A stretch of DNA of 64,000 bases from Planctomycetota bacterium (lineage in GTDB: Bacteria; Planctomycetota; MHYJ01; WSZJ01). The stretch spans positions 1-64,000 of the forward strand of contig JBBTCT010000020.1 in the NCBI GenBank assembly GCA_038060895.1, read 5' to 3'. A program made the position numbers and the translations under genes. The stretch's first letter is position 1, and each line of letters begins with the position of its first letter. The notes beneath the pieces are model-generated. The model was not told the origin of the DNA. It made no database searches and was given only the letters and a program-made list of their open reading frames with translations. Positions 45,340 through 55,095 of the stretch are shown here, piece after piece.

Positions 45340-45549
45340 CTAAGACTCGCGTACGACTTCGGAATGGACAATGGTCTCGGCCGCGAAACTAGTGAGATCA
45401 AGGTCACGCGCACCGCGGCCCTGCGACACGAGGCCGCGCCGGTACCATTCGACGGCGGAAGCGAGCCGGACATCCGCCGCGAATTCGTCCGCGGTGCGGT
45501 GCACGGTCTTCAGGATGTCCTCAGGAAACCGAACCGCTAGCTCGGACAC
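45340..45549 (-). pseudogene. UPF0175 family antitoxin-like gene, 3' end disrupted
   Basis: AGGAGG RBS + GTG; SELAVRFPEDIL...DEFAADVRLASAVEWYRRGLVSQGRGA, after which similarity is lost. Confidence 0.65.
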
Positions 45550-45674
45550 TTGATCCTCCTGGTGAACGGCTGCTGCATTCTTGCAGACTCCAGACTTCCG
45601 CCGGATGCGCCCCCCGCCCTCGGGTGCATGGCCGGACTTGCGGGGGGCAACACGGCAGGGGCATCGGGACGAAG

Positions 45675-45835
45675 GGCTGGGGCCGGGGTGGGGCTCGGGC
45701 GGGGGCGGCGCAGCAGACGGGCGTGGAATCACGGGCTCGTCCCATTCCTGCCTGTCTCCCCGCCCGATCACGAGCGTTGGCCCAAGCCCAAGCCCCAGCC
45801 CACCCCGGCCCCAGCCCGCGCTCGCCCCATCCCCT
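45675..45835. repeat. Hexamer-repeat imperfect hairpin downstream of kinase paralog 3
   Basis: GGGCTGGGGCCGGGGTGGGGCTCGGGC paired with CCCAAGCCCAAGCCCCAGCCCACCCCGGCCCCAGCCC. Confidence 0.6.
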
Positions 45836-45893
45836 GTCGTTTTTCCACCGCACATCCGGCCATGCACCCCCCGCCCTCTCCTGCTTCGCCCTC

Positions 45894-48800
45894 TCAGGAA
45901 GAAAGCGTCGGCGCCACAGCCGAAGAAAGCCGTATCCCGATCGCGCCGTTCACCTCCCGCGTGACCCCGCCGCTCCGGTACATCGCGCGCGCCAGCATGC
46001 CGCTTCGCGCCCAGCTCCCGCCGCGCGTGATGCGGCGGCCGGGAAGCATGTCGTTGGGCTCGTTGAGGCAGCGGTCGCTGGAATTGCCGCCGAGGCCGCG
46101 GACGCCGTAGGGGGACTCGTCGGTCGGGTAGGTAGACACGGGGTATGGGCGGCCGCCCGTGCGATGCGACTGCTGGGAGCTCGCGAACGTCGCTTCCCAG
46201 GTTGAGCCCCACGGGTAGACGCGTCCGTCGGGGCCGCGGACGGATTTCTCCCACTGCTTTTCCGTGGGGAGATGAAAGAGGCGGCCGGCGCGAAGCGAGG
46301 ACCACTTTGAATACACGACGCCGTCCTCCCACGAAATGCCGGTGACGGGCCAGTCTTCCTCCCAGTCGATGGTGGTGTTCGTGAGCTTGGCGACCTGGGC
46401 GCGAACCGCTTCCGGCGCGGCCTTGAGCCAATCGGCGGTCGGCACGGCGTAGCCCTTGGCGGCGTCGAGGGGCCAGTAGAACCCGCTCTTGTCGGCGGCG
46501 CGCGGGACGCGTCGGGCCGCTTCTTCAGGCGCCGTGCGCCGGACGTCATTGAGGTAGTCGGCGTACTCGCGGCAGGTGACGGGGTTGCGGGCGATCAAGA
46601 AGTCGGGAAGCGTCAGGTGCTCGAGGGGGTTGGGGGCGAGGCCGACCTTGTCGCCGCTGTACTTGAATTCCCCGGCAGCGACGGGGAGGAAGCCGGCGGG
46701 GATCTCTTCGGGGGCCCAGAGGGTGAGGTCGAGTTCGATGTCGTGCTGGCGGACGACGACGATGGGGACACGCTGGGGAGCGCGGCCTTCGGCGACGACG
46801 ATGAGGAGCCAGGAGCCCATCGGCCACGGCTGCCTCGGGATCGGGGTGCGTCCGAGGTAGACGCCGCCGCCGCGGGGGCGGAAGGGCGAGCTGCCGAAGA
46901 GCGCGTCGAGAACAGCGCGCGGCACCTGTGTGGCGCCACCGTGAGGGGTCGTGGGTATGAGCAGGCGGTCGAGTTCCTCGTAGCGGAACGCCCAGACTTG
47001 CGCGCCGTTGAGCGGGGCGGGCTTGCAGGAAGCGGAGTGCAGACGCAGGTGGTGGGCCTCGTGAGGTTCGAGCTCGCGGAGGCCGAGGCCGTCGGGCTGG
47101 TCGAGCGAGCGGCCGCTCCAGGGGTGGAGGCCGAGGACGCCGAGTTCGTCGCTGCGGACAAGCCGCCCGTGCGAGAGGCAGCGGCACGGGAAGACGCGCG
47201 TGCGGATCGAAAGCGCTCCGTCGCCACGGAGGCGCGCGTCAAGAACACCGTCATTGAACTGCTCCGCCGTCTGCCGGTTGAGCTGCATGTCTCGTTCGTC
47301 GCCAGCGGATTCGGCCTCCAGGAAGCGCTCCCAGTACATCTCGGCTTTGACTTCGCGGGCCTCGTGGTGGCCGGGGACGTTGGAAAGCGCGGACGCCAGC
47401 GCGGCATCGGCCTCCGTGAACGCCGTGATCGAGTCGCGGTCGAGGGTGCGCGCCCGCTCTTCCATGTCCCACAGCGGTTTCCGGCCCGAAGGACCCTCGT
47501 ACTCGGGAATGCTCTCGTGGAGCCGCATGACCTCGGCGTTCGCGTCGGCCGCTTCTTTCGTGAGCGCGCGCCACCTCGCGACCGCGTCGCGCGCTTTGCC
47601 GACCTGCCCGGCGGCGAGTCCTTCGCGCCGCTCCTTCTCCTTCGTACCTTCGAGGTACGACTCCACGTCCGCCGCGAGCTCGCCCGCCGTTGCAAACCGG
47701 TCCTCCTGCCGGCGCGCCATCGCCTTGAGACAGATCGCCTCGAGTTCCGGCGGGACGTGGGCGCGGGCGGACGGAGGCATGAGCGGGCTGGCGACAACTT
47801 TCTTCACGACCTCCTCCGCCGTCTTCCCCTCATAAGGCGGCCGCCCCACAAGAATCTCGTAGAGGATCGCACCGAGCGAATACACGTCGCTCCTCTCATC
47901 CAGCGACTCCCGGTCTCCCCGCGCCTGCTCCGGCGACATGTAAGCGGGCGTCCCGAGGATCTCTCCCGTCTCCGTCACCGGCCGCGAAGCATCCGCCGCC
48001 GTCATTTTCGCGGCCGACTTCTGCCCCATCCCCATCCCTATCCCCATCCCTCCCGATCCCCCGGCCCGTTCCTCCCCCATCCCCGGCCGTTCGCCCCTGT
48101 CTTTCGCCAACCCCCAATCACAAACCAGCACCTCTCCGAATTCCCCGAGCATCACATTCGCTGGCTTCAGATCCCGGTGAATCACCCCCTTCGAATGCGC
48201 AAACGCCACCGCACGGCACACATCCCGGAACGCTTCCACCAGCCGCCGCAACGTCCACCGCCCGACCGTCGCGCGTCCCTCCTCGTCGTCCTTCGCCCGT
48301 TCGCGAATCACATGATGCATGTCGCGCCCGTAAATGCGCTTCATGCAGAAGTAAATCTCCTTCGACCCCGGCAACGCGCCCACCTCGTGCACCGGGACGA
48401 TGTTCGGGTGCTCCAGCTTTCCCGTGATGCGCGCTTCCCAGCGGAAGCGCTCCAGCGCATCTCCCGGCGCGTTCTCCAGCATGAGTTTCAGTGCAACCGT
48501 CCGGCCAATTTCCGCGTCCGTCGCCTCGATGACGCGCGCGATCCCGCCGCGGCCGATTTCAGGGCCGAGCTGGAAGCGTTCGCCGGGGCCGAGCGGTTCT
48601 GGTGAGAGGTGCGGGTTGGAGCCGCCGGCCTTCGGCATGACGATCGTGTCCATCGACTCGTTGGCCGACGGCTGGTAACCAGCCGGGAGCCCGCGCCCCG
48701 TCGTGCGCGCCATGTGCGCCGAGACGAGCCCCGCAAGGGCTTCGCGCTGTACTTCCGTGATGAAGCGCTTCTCGATCAGCACGTCGCCGAGGTCGCGCTG

Positions 48801-48908
48801 GGGTTTTTCGGCCCAGGTCGCGAGGGCCGCGACCAGCTGCTCCTTGGAGATATAGTTGAGCTGGAGGGCGAGGACACCCGGGAGCAGGCGGGCTTCGCGG
48901 TCGTTCAT
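45894..48908 (-). CDS. Ser/Thr kinase-PEGA-FGE/CLec protein, paralog 3
   Basis: IGRGGIA, HRDLKPAN, DWG, GTPAYMSPE; PVTCREY, LPTEKQWEKSVRG, SPYGVRGLGGN, RGGSW. Confidence 0.92.
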   Translation of the reverse strand: MNDREARLLPGVLALQLNYISKEQLVAALATWAEKPQRDLGDVLIEKRFITEVQREALAGLVSAHMARTTGRGLPAGYQPSANESMDTIVMPKAGGSNPHLSPEPLGPGERFQLGPEIGRGGIARVIEATDAEIGRTVALKLMLENAPGDALERFRWEARITGKLEHPNIVPVHEVGALPGSKEIYFCMKRIYGRDMHHVIRERAKDDEEGRATVGRWTLRRLVEAFRDVCRAVAFAHSKGVIHRDLKPANVMLGEFGEVLVCDWGLAKDRGERPGMGEERAGGSGGMGIGMGMGQKSAAKMTAADASRPVTETGEILGTPAYMSPEQARGDRESLDERSDVYSLGAILYEILVGRPPYEGKTAEEVVKKVVASPLMPPSARAHVPPELEAICLKAMARRQEDRFATAGELAADVESYLEGTKEKERREGLAAGQVGKARDAVARWRALTKEAADANAEVMRLHESIPEYEGPSGRKPLWDMEERARTLDRDSITAFTEADAALASALSNVPGHHEAREVKAEMYWERFLEAESAGDERDMQLNRQTAEQFNDGVLDARLRGDGALSIRTRVFPCRCLSHGRLVRSDELGVLGLHPWSGRSLDQPDGLGLRELEPHEAHHLRLHSASCKPAPLNGAQVWAFRYEELDRLLIPTTPHGGATQVPRAVLDALFGSSPFRPRGGGVYLGRTPIPRQPWPMGSWLLIVVAEGRAPQRVPIVVVRQHDIELDLTLWAPEEIPAGFLPVAAGEFKYSGDKVGLAPNPLEHLTLPDFLIARNPVTCREYADYLNDVRRTAPEEAARRVPRAADKSGFYWPLDAAKGYAVPTADWLKAAPEAVRAQVAKLTNTTIDWEEDWPVTGISWEDGVVYSKWSSLRAGRLFHLPTEKQWEKSVRGPDGRVYPWGSTWEATFASSQQSHRTGGRPYPVSTYPTDESPYGVRGLGGNSSDRCLNEPNDMLPGRRITRGGSWARSGMLARAMYRSGGVTREVNGAIGIRLSSAVAPTLSS

Positions 48909-48937
48909 GGGAGAGAGATTACTTCAATGGTGACGGC

Positions 48938-49019
48938 GGGGTTGGGAGTTTTGAGTTCCGGAGGTTGTGTTCCGGGATCCGGGTTCCGGGTGGGGTCTGG
49001 AGTTTCGAGTTGGGAGTTA
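48938..49019. repeat. Degenerate heptamer tandem repeats in a divergent intergenic region
   Basis: GGGAGTT / TTGAGTT / CCGGGTT / TCGAGTT units. Confidence 0.55.
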
Positions 49020-49053
49020 TAGTAGGGAGCGGGGGGATTGCTGCGGAGCTGGC

Positions 49054-50370
49054 ATGTCGCGAATCGTCGCCTTAGTTCTGCTGCTCGCCTGCCGGCTCGC
49101 GGCAGCGACTCCCGAGGCTGTCCTCGCGGAAGACCACGCGAAACTCGCGACCGAGGCGGAAAAACTCGGGCTGCGCGAGGAAGCTGCTCAGGAAGCGCGC
49201 ACCGTGCTGCGGCTGGCGCCGGAACACGCGGCGGCGAAGGCGCTGCTGGAGAAGCTCGGGCCGGTCCGGATCGTCGAGTGGCCCGATCCGCTGCACGCCA
49301 GGTTTGTCGCCTGGTCGAAGAAACGAGCGGGGGTCCGCATGGCGGGGGCGAAGAAACTCGCGACCTCGGCGACTGCGGCCGAGAAGGCGGGGAATGCGGA
49401 CGAAGCGAAGCGCCTGCGCGAGCTCGCCATCGCGGAGGATCCCGACTGCGCGGACGCGCGCAAGGCGATGGGGATGGAGAAGGTGGATGTGGCCGGGTGG
49501 GTGACGAAAGAGGAGGCCGCCCAGCGGAGAAAGGGATTGTTGCCGGTTGGCGCGGAATGGCTGCCGGCGAAGGATGCGGCGGCGCGCCACTCGAAATGGG
49601 CCGAGGCTTGGGAAGTCCGCTCGGCGCACTTTCTCGTCCGCACGAACGCTTCGGAAAAGGAAGGACTCGCGATGGCGGCACGCGCGGAGGAGCTGCTCGT
49701 CGCGCTCCGCCGTGAGCTGGAAGGCGCGACCGACCCCATGCCTCCGCCCGCCGCGCCGTACGAAATCCACTTCTACGCCGCTCGCGCCGACCTCGACGCC
49801 CACATCGACTCCGTGCACGCCGGAAAGGCCTTCCTCAAGTCCATGGGTGGCTTCTACTCGCCCCAGGACAAGACGTCGCACTTCTGCCCGCCCGCCGAGA
49901 GAGCCATCTCGACGCTCGACGACATCGTGCGCCACGAAGCGACGCACCACCTCCTGAGCGAGCTCTGGCCGAACGCGGCCATGCACTTCAAGCCGGGCTT
50001 CTGGGCGTGGGAAGGGATCGCGTGCTACTTCGAAACGATCGAGGTCCGCGACGGCAAGATCCTCACGGGGCGCGCTTCACATGCGCGCCTCGTCACCGCG
50101 AAGGACGACATGCAGAAGGGAAAATTCAAGACGCTGGAGGAGCTGGCGGCGGCGGACCAGAACGGGCTCGGGAGCGCCTACGAGCAGGCGGCGGCGCTGA
50201 CGCATTTCTTCATGCACTCGGAGGGCGGCAAGAAGCGGGAGAAGTTCGTGGAGTACCTGAAAATCGTGTCGAAGGGCGCGGGCGACGCGACGGCATGGGA
50301 GACTTGTTTCGGGAAGAAGCCGGCTGACATGCAGGCGGAGTGGCTGGCGTACCTGAAGGGGCTGAAGTGA
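49054..50370 (+). CDS. Secreted DUF1570-like zinc-peptidase-motif protein
   Basis: Signal peptide; SAHFLVRTN, GGFYSP, RHEATHHL (HExxH), WAWEGIACYFE, YEQAAALTHFF. Confidence 0.8.
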   Translation: MSRIVALVLLLACRLAAATPEAVLAEDHAKLATEAEKLGLREEAAQEARTVLRLAPEHAAAKALLEKLGPVRIVEWPDPLHARFVAWSKKRAGVRMAGAKKLATSATAAEKAGNADEAKRLRELAIAEDPDCADARKAMGMEKVDVAGWVTKEEAAQRRKGLLPVGAEWLPAKDAAARHSKWAEAWEVRSAHFLVRTNASEKEGLAMAARAEELLVALRRELEGATDPMPPPAAPYEIHFYAARADLDAHIDSVHAGKAFLKSMGGFYSPQDKTSHFCPPAERAISTLDDIVRHEATHHLLSELWPNAAMHFKPGFWAWEGIACYFETIEVRDGKILTGRASHARLVTAKDDMQKGKFKTLEELAAADQNGLGSAYEQAAALTHFFMHSEGGKKREKFVEYLKIVSKGAGDATAWETCFGKKPADMQAEWLAYLKGLK

Positions 50371-50417
50371 CGGCATTGACGCACTGCGTCAATCAAAGTT
50401 CCGGTTAAGATCCTGCC

Positions 50418-51968
50418 ATGTCCGCCCCGATCCCGCTCGTCCTGGCCCTCGTCGCCGAGGCGGACCACCCTGCCGGCGGCGCACTCCGCGAAAGGCTCGC
50501 CTCACTGGGCGGCGAGGTCCGCACAGGGCCGTCCGCCGTGGTGATCACCTGGGAGGACAGTCGCGGCCGCGAGGAGTTCGCGATCCGTGCGGCGCGCGAC
50601 GCCGTGAAGTTCGCCCGGGACGCCGGGCTGGCCGCGCGCGCCGCGGTGCACCTCGGCCTGCCCGACCCGTCGCCCGGCGCGTTCGCCATGGCCCGGGCGG
50701 CGCCCGACGGTGCCGTTTGGGTGTCCAAGGCAGTCGAACGCCTCGTCCCGCGGAGATTCCGCTTCACGGAACTGCCCGTCCTGCAGGTCGGCGCCGAAGC
50801 CGTGCCTCCTTACGAGGCCGGAGAAGAACTCGGTTCCCCCGGCGAGTTCGGCTCGGGCGAGGAGCTCGGCCCCTTCATCGAACGCCAGAGCGCGATCACC
50901 ACGCTTCACGCAACCCAGACATCGCTGCTCCTCATCGGCCCCCCCGGCTCGGGACGCGCCCGCCTCCTGCGCGTGTGCCGCGAAACCCGCCGGGCCACGG
51001 GCTCGTGGGTCGCCGTCGGCCGATGCGGCGAGCGCCCGGCGTCGCCCGGCGGCGCGTTCGGGCAGATGCTCTGCGCCGAGGCCGCCGCTTCGGGATTCGA
51101 CCGCTGGGACGGCGAACGGGTTGTCGCGGCTGTAAAACGGCTCGGCGGAAGCGCGGAGGACGCCGACACGCTCGCCTTGTCGCTGGGGCTTCGCCTGAAC
51201 GAAGAGGGCGCTTCGCCGGCGCCCGCTCCCGACGCGATGCGCGCCGCCTGGGGGCGGCTCCTCGAGGGAATGAAGCCGCGCCCGCTGCTCTGCCTCGAGA
51301 ATCTCGGACGCGCGACGGCCGAGGAAGTGGCGATTCTCGAGTCGCTCCCTCCCGCGGCGGCAACGGTGCTGGCGACGGGCGAGTCTCTCGTCAAATCGAA
51401 GCGCGGCTTTCTGCCCGTCCCGCTCCGGGAAATGTCACCCGATGCGAGCCGGAAACTTGCCGCGCGCGTCCAGCTGGCGCCCGGCATCATGGCCGCCGGG
51501 AATCCGCTCCTCATCGAGCAACTCGGAGCGCTCTGCGCCGAAGCGGGCAACGATGCGGCGGTCGACGCCTTCGCGGCCCCCGACCCGCTGCACGACGCCA
51601 TCGATGCGCGGTTCGAAGCTCTCCCCCTCGAGGCTCGCGAGACGCTGGCCGCCGCTTCGATCCTCGGGCGCTCGTTCTGGAGATTTGCGCTGGAACGGGT
51701 GCTGGGACACGACGCGGAAGAGGGGCTGCAGAAGGCCCGGCACGGCGGCTGGATCCTCGAACGCGAAGGTTCGCTCATGCGGGCCGACGGCGAGCTGCTC
51801 TTCCGCCACGACCTCCTGCGCGAGGCCGCGGAATCTTCGCTCGCGCCGGGCGCGCCGCAGCAGCTGCACGCGGTGGCGGCGGCGTTCTACGAACAGCGCG
51901 CGCCGCTCGCCGGACCGGCGACGGCGGCGCGGGCGGCGTGGCACCGGGCTGAAGCGGCGCGAGCCTGA
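50418..51968 (+). CDS. Degenerate cyclase + AAA/STAND-like protein lacking the TPR tail
   Basis: ARAAVHLG...GAVWVS (class III cyclase relic); PFIER, IGPPGSGRARL (Walker A K>R), LCLENL, AGNPLLIEQL, IDARFEAL, AASILGRSF, FRHDLLREAA. Confidence 0.7.
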   Translation: MSAPIPLVLALVAEADHPAGGALRERLASLGGEVRTGPSAVVITWEDSRGREEFAIRAARDAVKFARDAGLAARAAVHLGLPDPSPGAFAMARAAPDGAVWVSKAVERLVPRRFRFTELPVLQVGAEAVPPYEAGEELGSPGEFGSGEELGPFIERQSAITTLHATQTSLLLIGPPGSGRARLLRVCRETRRATGSWVAVGRCGERPASPGGAFGQMLCAEAAASGFDRWDGERVVAAVKRLGGSAEDADTLALSLGLRLNEEGASPAPAPDAMRAAWGRLLEGMKPRPLLCLENLGRATAEEVAILESLPPAAATVLATGESLVKSKRGFLPVPLREMSPDASRKLAARVQLAPGIMAAGNPLLIEQLGALCAEAGNDAAVDAFAAPDPLHDAIDARFEALPLEARETLAAASILGRSFWRFALERVLGHDAEEGLQKARHGGWILEREGSLMRADGELLFRHDLLREAAESSLAPGAPQQLHAVAAAFYEQRAPLAGPATAARAAWHRAEAARA

Positions 51969-52012
51969 TTGAAGTTGCGGGGTCGTGAAGGGCCTGCCAT
52001 TCTCTCGCGCCG

Positions 52013-53017
52013 ATGACGACGAGTCCGGGGAAGTTGCTGGGCTGGAGCGCGGCCGCGGGGTTCGCGGTGTGGTGCCTCCTGAGCGCGGCGGTGCACGCCC
52101 GGTGGACGACGCTGGGTCTCGAATGGGGCGTGCAGCTCAACATCACGGGAATTTTCATGCTGGGGCTGCTCGTGACGACGCCCCTGGCGCTGCTGCTCAG
52201 CGCCCCGGCGGGTTCCGCGGGCAGCGCCGCATGGCGTGCGGCGGCGTGGCTTCAGCCCCCGGCCGCCGCGGCGGCGTTCGGGTCCTTCTTCGTCGCGCCG
52301 GGCGCTATCGCCGCGGCGCTGGTCGTGCCCTGGGCTGCGATGAGCGTGTGCGCGGCGGCGACCGGCCTCGGACGATTCCTCGAGCACCGATTCAGGCAGC
52401 CTGAAGAACTCGCCATTGACGCCGGACTTGCCATGCTGCCGGTCGGGGCGGCTTGGCTGGCAGCCTCGCGGGCCGGGGTGGAGCCCATGGGATTCCGCGA
52501 GCCTTTCGTCCTGCTCACGGCCGTGCATTTCCATTTCGCCGGGCTCGCCGCGACCGTGATCGTCGGCCTCGCGGGACGCCGGCTGCGGGCGTGGAACTCG
52601 AAGATCCTCCCCCTCTATCTGGTCCTGGCCGCGGGCGTGGTCCTCGGCGTCCCTCTCCTCGCAGCCGGCATCGCTTCGCACACGAAGTTCGAAGTCGTCG
52701 CCGCCCTCATCCTGGCCTTCTCGCTCGGTGGGTTCTGCCTCTTCGCCCTCTTCGCCGTCGTCCCGCGCCTCGACGGATGGCCGGCCAGGATCCTGCTGGG
52801 CCTCGCGCTTCTGGCGGCCGTCTGGTCGATGCACTACGCCGGGCACTACGCAGCCGGCGTTGCTCGCGGCGTGATCCCGCCGAAATACTCCCTTCCGAAA
52901 ATGGCCTCCGTTCACGGACTGCTCAACGCCCTCGGCTTCTCTCTCTGCGGTCTGCTAGGCTGGCTCGCAGCGGAACGGGCGGAACGGAAGAACCGCAAAT
53001 CGGGGAAAACGACGTGA
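52013..53017 (+). CDS. YndJ-like membrane protein
   Basis: EPFVLLTAVHFHFAG, MASVHGLLNALGFSLCGLLGW. Confidence 0.8.
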   Translation: MTTSPGKLLGWSAAAGFAVWCLLSAAVHARWTTLGLEWGVQLNITGIFMLGLLVTTPLALLLSAPAGSAGSAAWRAAAWLQPPAAAAAFGSFFVAPGAIAAALVVPWAAMSVCAAATGLGRFLEHRFRQPEELAIDAGLAMLPVGAAWLAASRAGVEPMGFREPFVLLTAVHFHFAGLAATVIVGLAGRRLRAWNSKILPLYLVLAAGVVLGVPLLAAGIASHTKFEVVAALILAFSLGGFCLFALFAVVPRLDGWPARILLGLALLAAVWSMHYAGHYAAGVARGVIPPKYSLPKMASVHGLLNALGFSLCGLLGWLAAERAERKNRKSGKTT

Positions 53018-54027
53018 AGAAAATGCTGATCGCCGGAACCGTTCTCCTGGCCTCTTCCGCCGTCGCCGAACGCGAAGCGCGGACCTTTGAAATGAAGAGT
53101 CTCGACGTCGCCGCTCCCGACGGGAGGATCGTCGCGACCACGAAAGGGTTCGTGGCTCTCGAGCGCGGCAAGGACGGCGACCGGATCGTGCACCGCAACC
53201 GGGACGGGAAGGAAATCGATGAGCTCCTGAACCTGGAAGCGCGGGTCGGCCGCTGGTGGGCGGCGCCCGACGGCAGCTCGGCGGTGGTGCTGGAGGGCGT
53301 CAACGTGCTGTCGCTGTGGCTTCCCGCCGTCGTGGGCGGCTTCGCCAGACCGGAGCATCTCCTCGCGGGGGACGTCGCCTACTCGCCCGACGGCAAACGC
53401 ATCGCGTTCCGGTCGGGCGACCAGGTCGTCGCCCGCGACGCAATGCCGAAAGGCTGGCGCGTTGAAATCCCGGCGTCGCCCGTGCTCGAAGGGCCGCTGT
53501 GGTCCGGCGACGGCGCTTCCCTGGTCGCCGTCACCGGCAAGTCGAGCGTCGTCAATGGCGTGCTGAAATCGTCCCCGGACTCCGTCGAGTGGTGCGACCC
53601 CAGGGCCGAAAAGCCGGAATGGAAAAAGCTCTTCCACTCCGAAGGCGGCACCATCGCCCATCTCGCGGCCGACCTTTCCGGACGCCGCGTGGCCTTCGTC
53701 GAGATCAAGGACGGCTGGAAGCTGCGCCTCCTCGACCTCGACAAGGGTGAACTCGATGTCCTCGACGAAAGCGGCGGGACGAGGAGCGTCGTGTTCACGC
53801 CTGCGGGCGACCTGCTTTTGACGGCCGACACCCGGTCCGGGCGGGTCGAGGCCTGGCTCATCGGGACGGTCCGCGGCGGCACAAAGCGCGGCGTCTCTCG
53901 AGATCGCGTTGCCGAACTTCCCGACGCCGACGTGGTCGCGGCGTCCGCAGCCGCGGGCGACTTGTGGTTCGTCACGCACACGGCGGGGAGCAAGGACTTC
54001 AAAGTCGTGCGCGTCACGCCCAAATAG
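53014..54027 (+). CDS. Secreted TolB-like beta-propeller protein
   Basis: GTGA overlap; signal peptide; YSPDGKRIAF, WSGDG, FTPAGD repeats. Confidence 0.75.
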   Translation: MKKMLIAGTVLLASSAVAEREARTFEMKSLDVAAPDGRIVATTKGFVALERGKDGDRIVHRNRDGKEIDELLNLEARVGRWWAAPDGSSAVVLEGVNVLSLWLPAVVGGFARPEHLLAGDVAYSPDGKRIAFRSGDQVVARDAMPKGWRVEIPASPVLEGPLWSGDGASLVAVTGKSSVVNGVLKSSPDSVEWCDPRAEKPEWKKLFHSEGGTIAHLAADLSGRRVAFVEIKDGWKLRLLDLDKGELDVLDESGGTRSVVFTPAGDLLLTADTRSGRVEAWLIGTVRGGTKRGVSRDRVAELPDADVVAASAAAGDLWFVTHTAGSKDFKVVRVTPK

Positions 54028-54081
54028 GAACTTCGTCCCTTCCGCAGCGTCCAAGGAAGACCCTTCCATCCCGGAGGCACG

Positions 54082-55095
54082 ATGCGCCGAACCGTTGCCC
54101 TGTTCGCCCTGACCCCGCTGGTCGCCCTGCTCCTGGTAACCGCCGCGGAAGCGAAGCGCGCCCGGCGCACGCCGGTCAACACGCCGACGGGCGTTGTCGT
54201 GGATGGACCGCAGCTGGCGGCGTACGGGAAAGGATTCGCGGTCTGCCGCAACGCGGATTTGAAGGGCGAAATCGTGGCCTGCGACGCAGATGGCAAGAAC
54301 CCCAGGACGCTCGTGTCGGCGAAAGCGCCGATCTCAGCCTGGAGCCCTTCCCCGAAGGAAGGCGTGATCGCCTGGATATCGGGCGGGAAGCTCTTCCTGC
54401 GAAGCACCCCGGACGGAGAAGAACTCGACCTGGGGCTTGCAGAGCCCGTCCGGCCCGCTTTTTCGCGTGACGGGAAGATCGTGGCTTTTGTGTCGAAGGG
54501 AAACCTGGTGCTGCGCGACACGGAAGGAGAACGCCGGCGCGAAATAGCTCCCAGGGAGGGCCGCGTCATCGAGGGAATCGACTTCGCGGGCGACGGCAAG
54601 TGGATGATGGCGCTGACCGCTCCGGTCACCAAGGACGCCCGGGCGCCGGTAGACACAATCGAGCGGCTCGACTCGTCCGAGGAGTCTCCCGATTTCGAGC
54701 CCCTTCAATCTTTGGAGGACGGCCGCTTCCGTTCGGTGTGCGTCTCCCCCGTCGACGACCAGGTCGCCTTCGTCGAAGGGTCGGAGAAGGATTCTGAGTC
54801 CGTCCTTCACGTCCTCGCCCTCAGTACAGGCATCCGGAACGAATTCGGGGCCACCGGTGACTTCCGCGAGATCGCGTTCTCCGCGGACGGCCGCTGGCTT
54901 CTGCAGAATCTCGGAGGCGTGATTCACATGCAGCAGCTCTTCCGCTCCGGCACGGCACGGTCGTTTTACCGCGAAATCCTGACGGTCGGCGACGGCAAGG
55001 CGGATTCCCGCCCCGTCGCGGGCAAGGGCGGCATGTGGTTCCTGCGCGGAAAGCCCGGCGGCACGTTAGAGGTCGTCAAGGCCGAGCTGGATTAA
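54082..55095 (+). CDS. Secreted TolB-like beta-propeller protein (probable tandem paralog)
   Basis: GGAGG RBS; signal peptide; FSRDGKIVAF, FAGDGK, FSADGRWL. Confidence 0.75.
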   Translation: MRRTVALFALTPLVALLLVTAAEAKRARRTPVNTPTGVVVDGPQLAAYGKGFAVCRNADLKGEIVACDADGKNPRTLVSAKAPISAWSPSPKEGVIAWISGGKLFLRSTPDGEELDLGLAEPVRPAFSRDGKIVAFVSKGNLVLRDTEGERRREIAPREGRVIEGIDFAGDGKWMMALTAPVTKDARAPVDTIERLDSSEESPDFEPLQSLEDGRFRSVCVSPVDDQVAFVEGSEKDSESVLHVLALSTGIRNEFGATGDFREIAFSADGRWLLQNLGGVIHMQQLFRSGTARSFYREILTVGDGKADSRPVAGKGGMWFLRGKPGGTLEVVKAELD

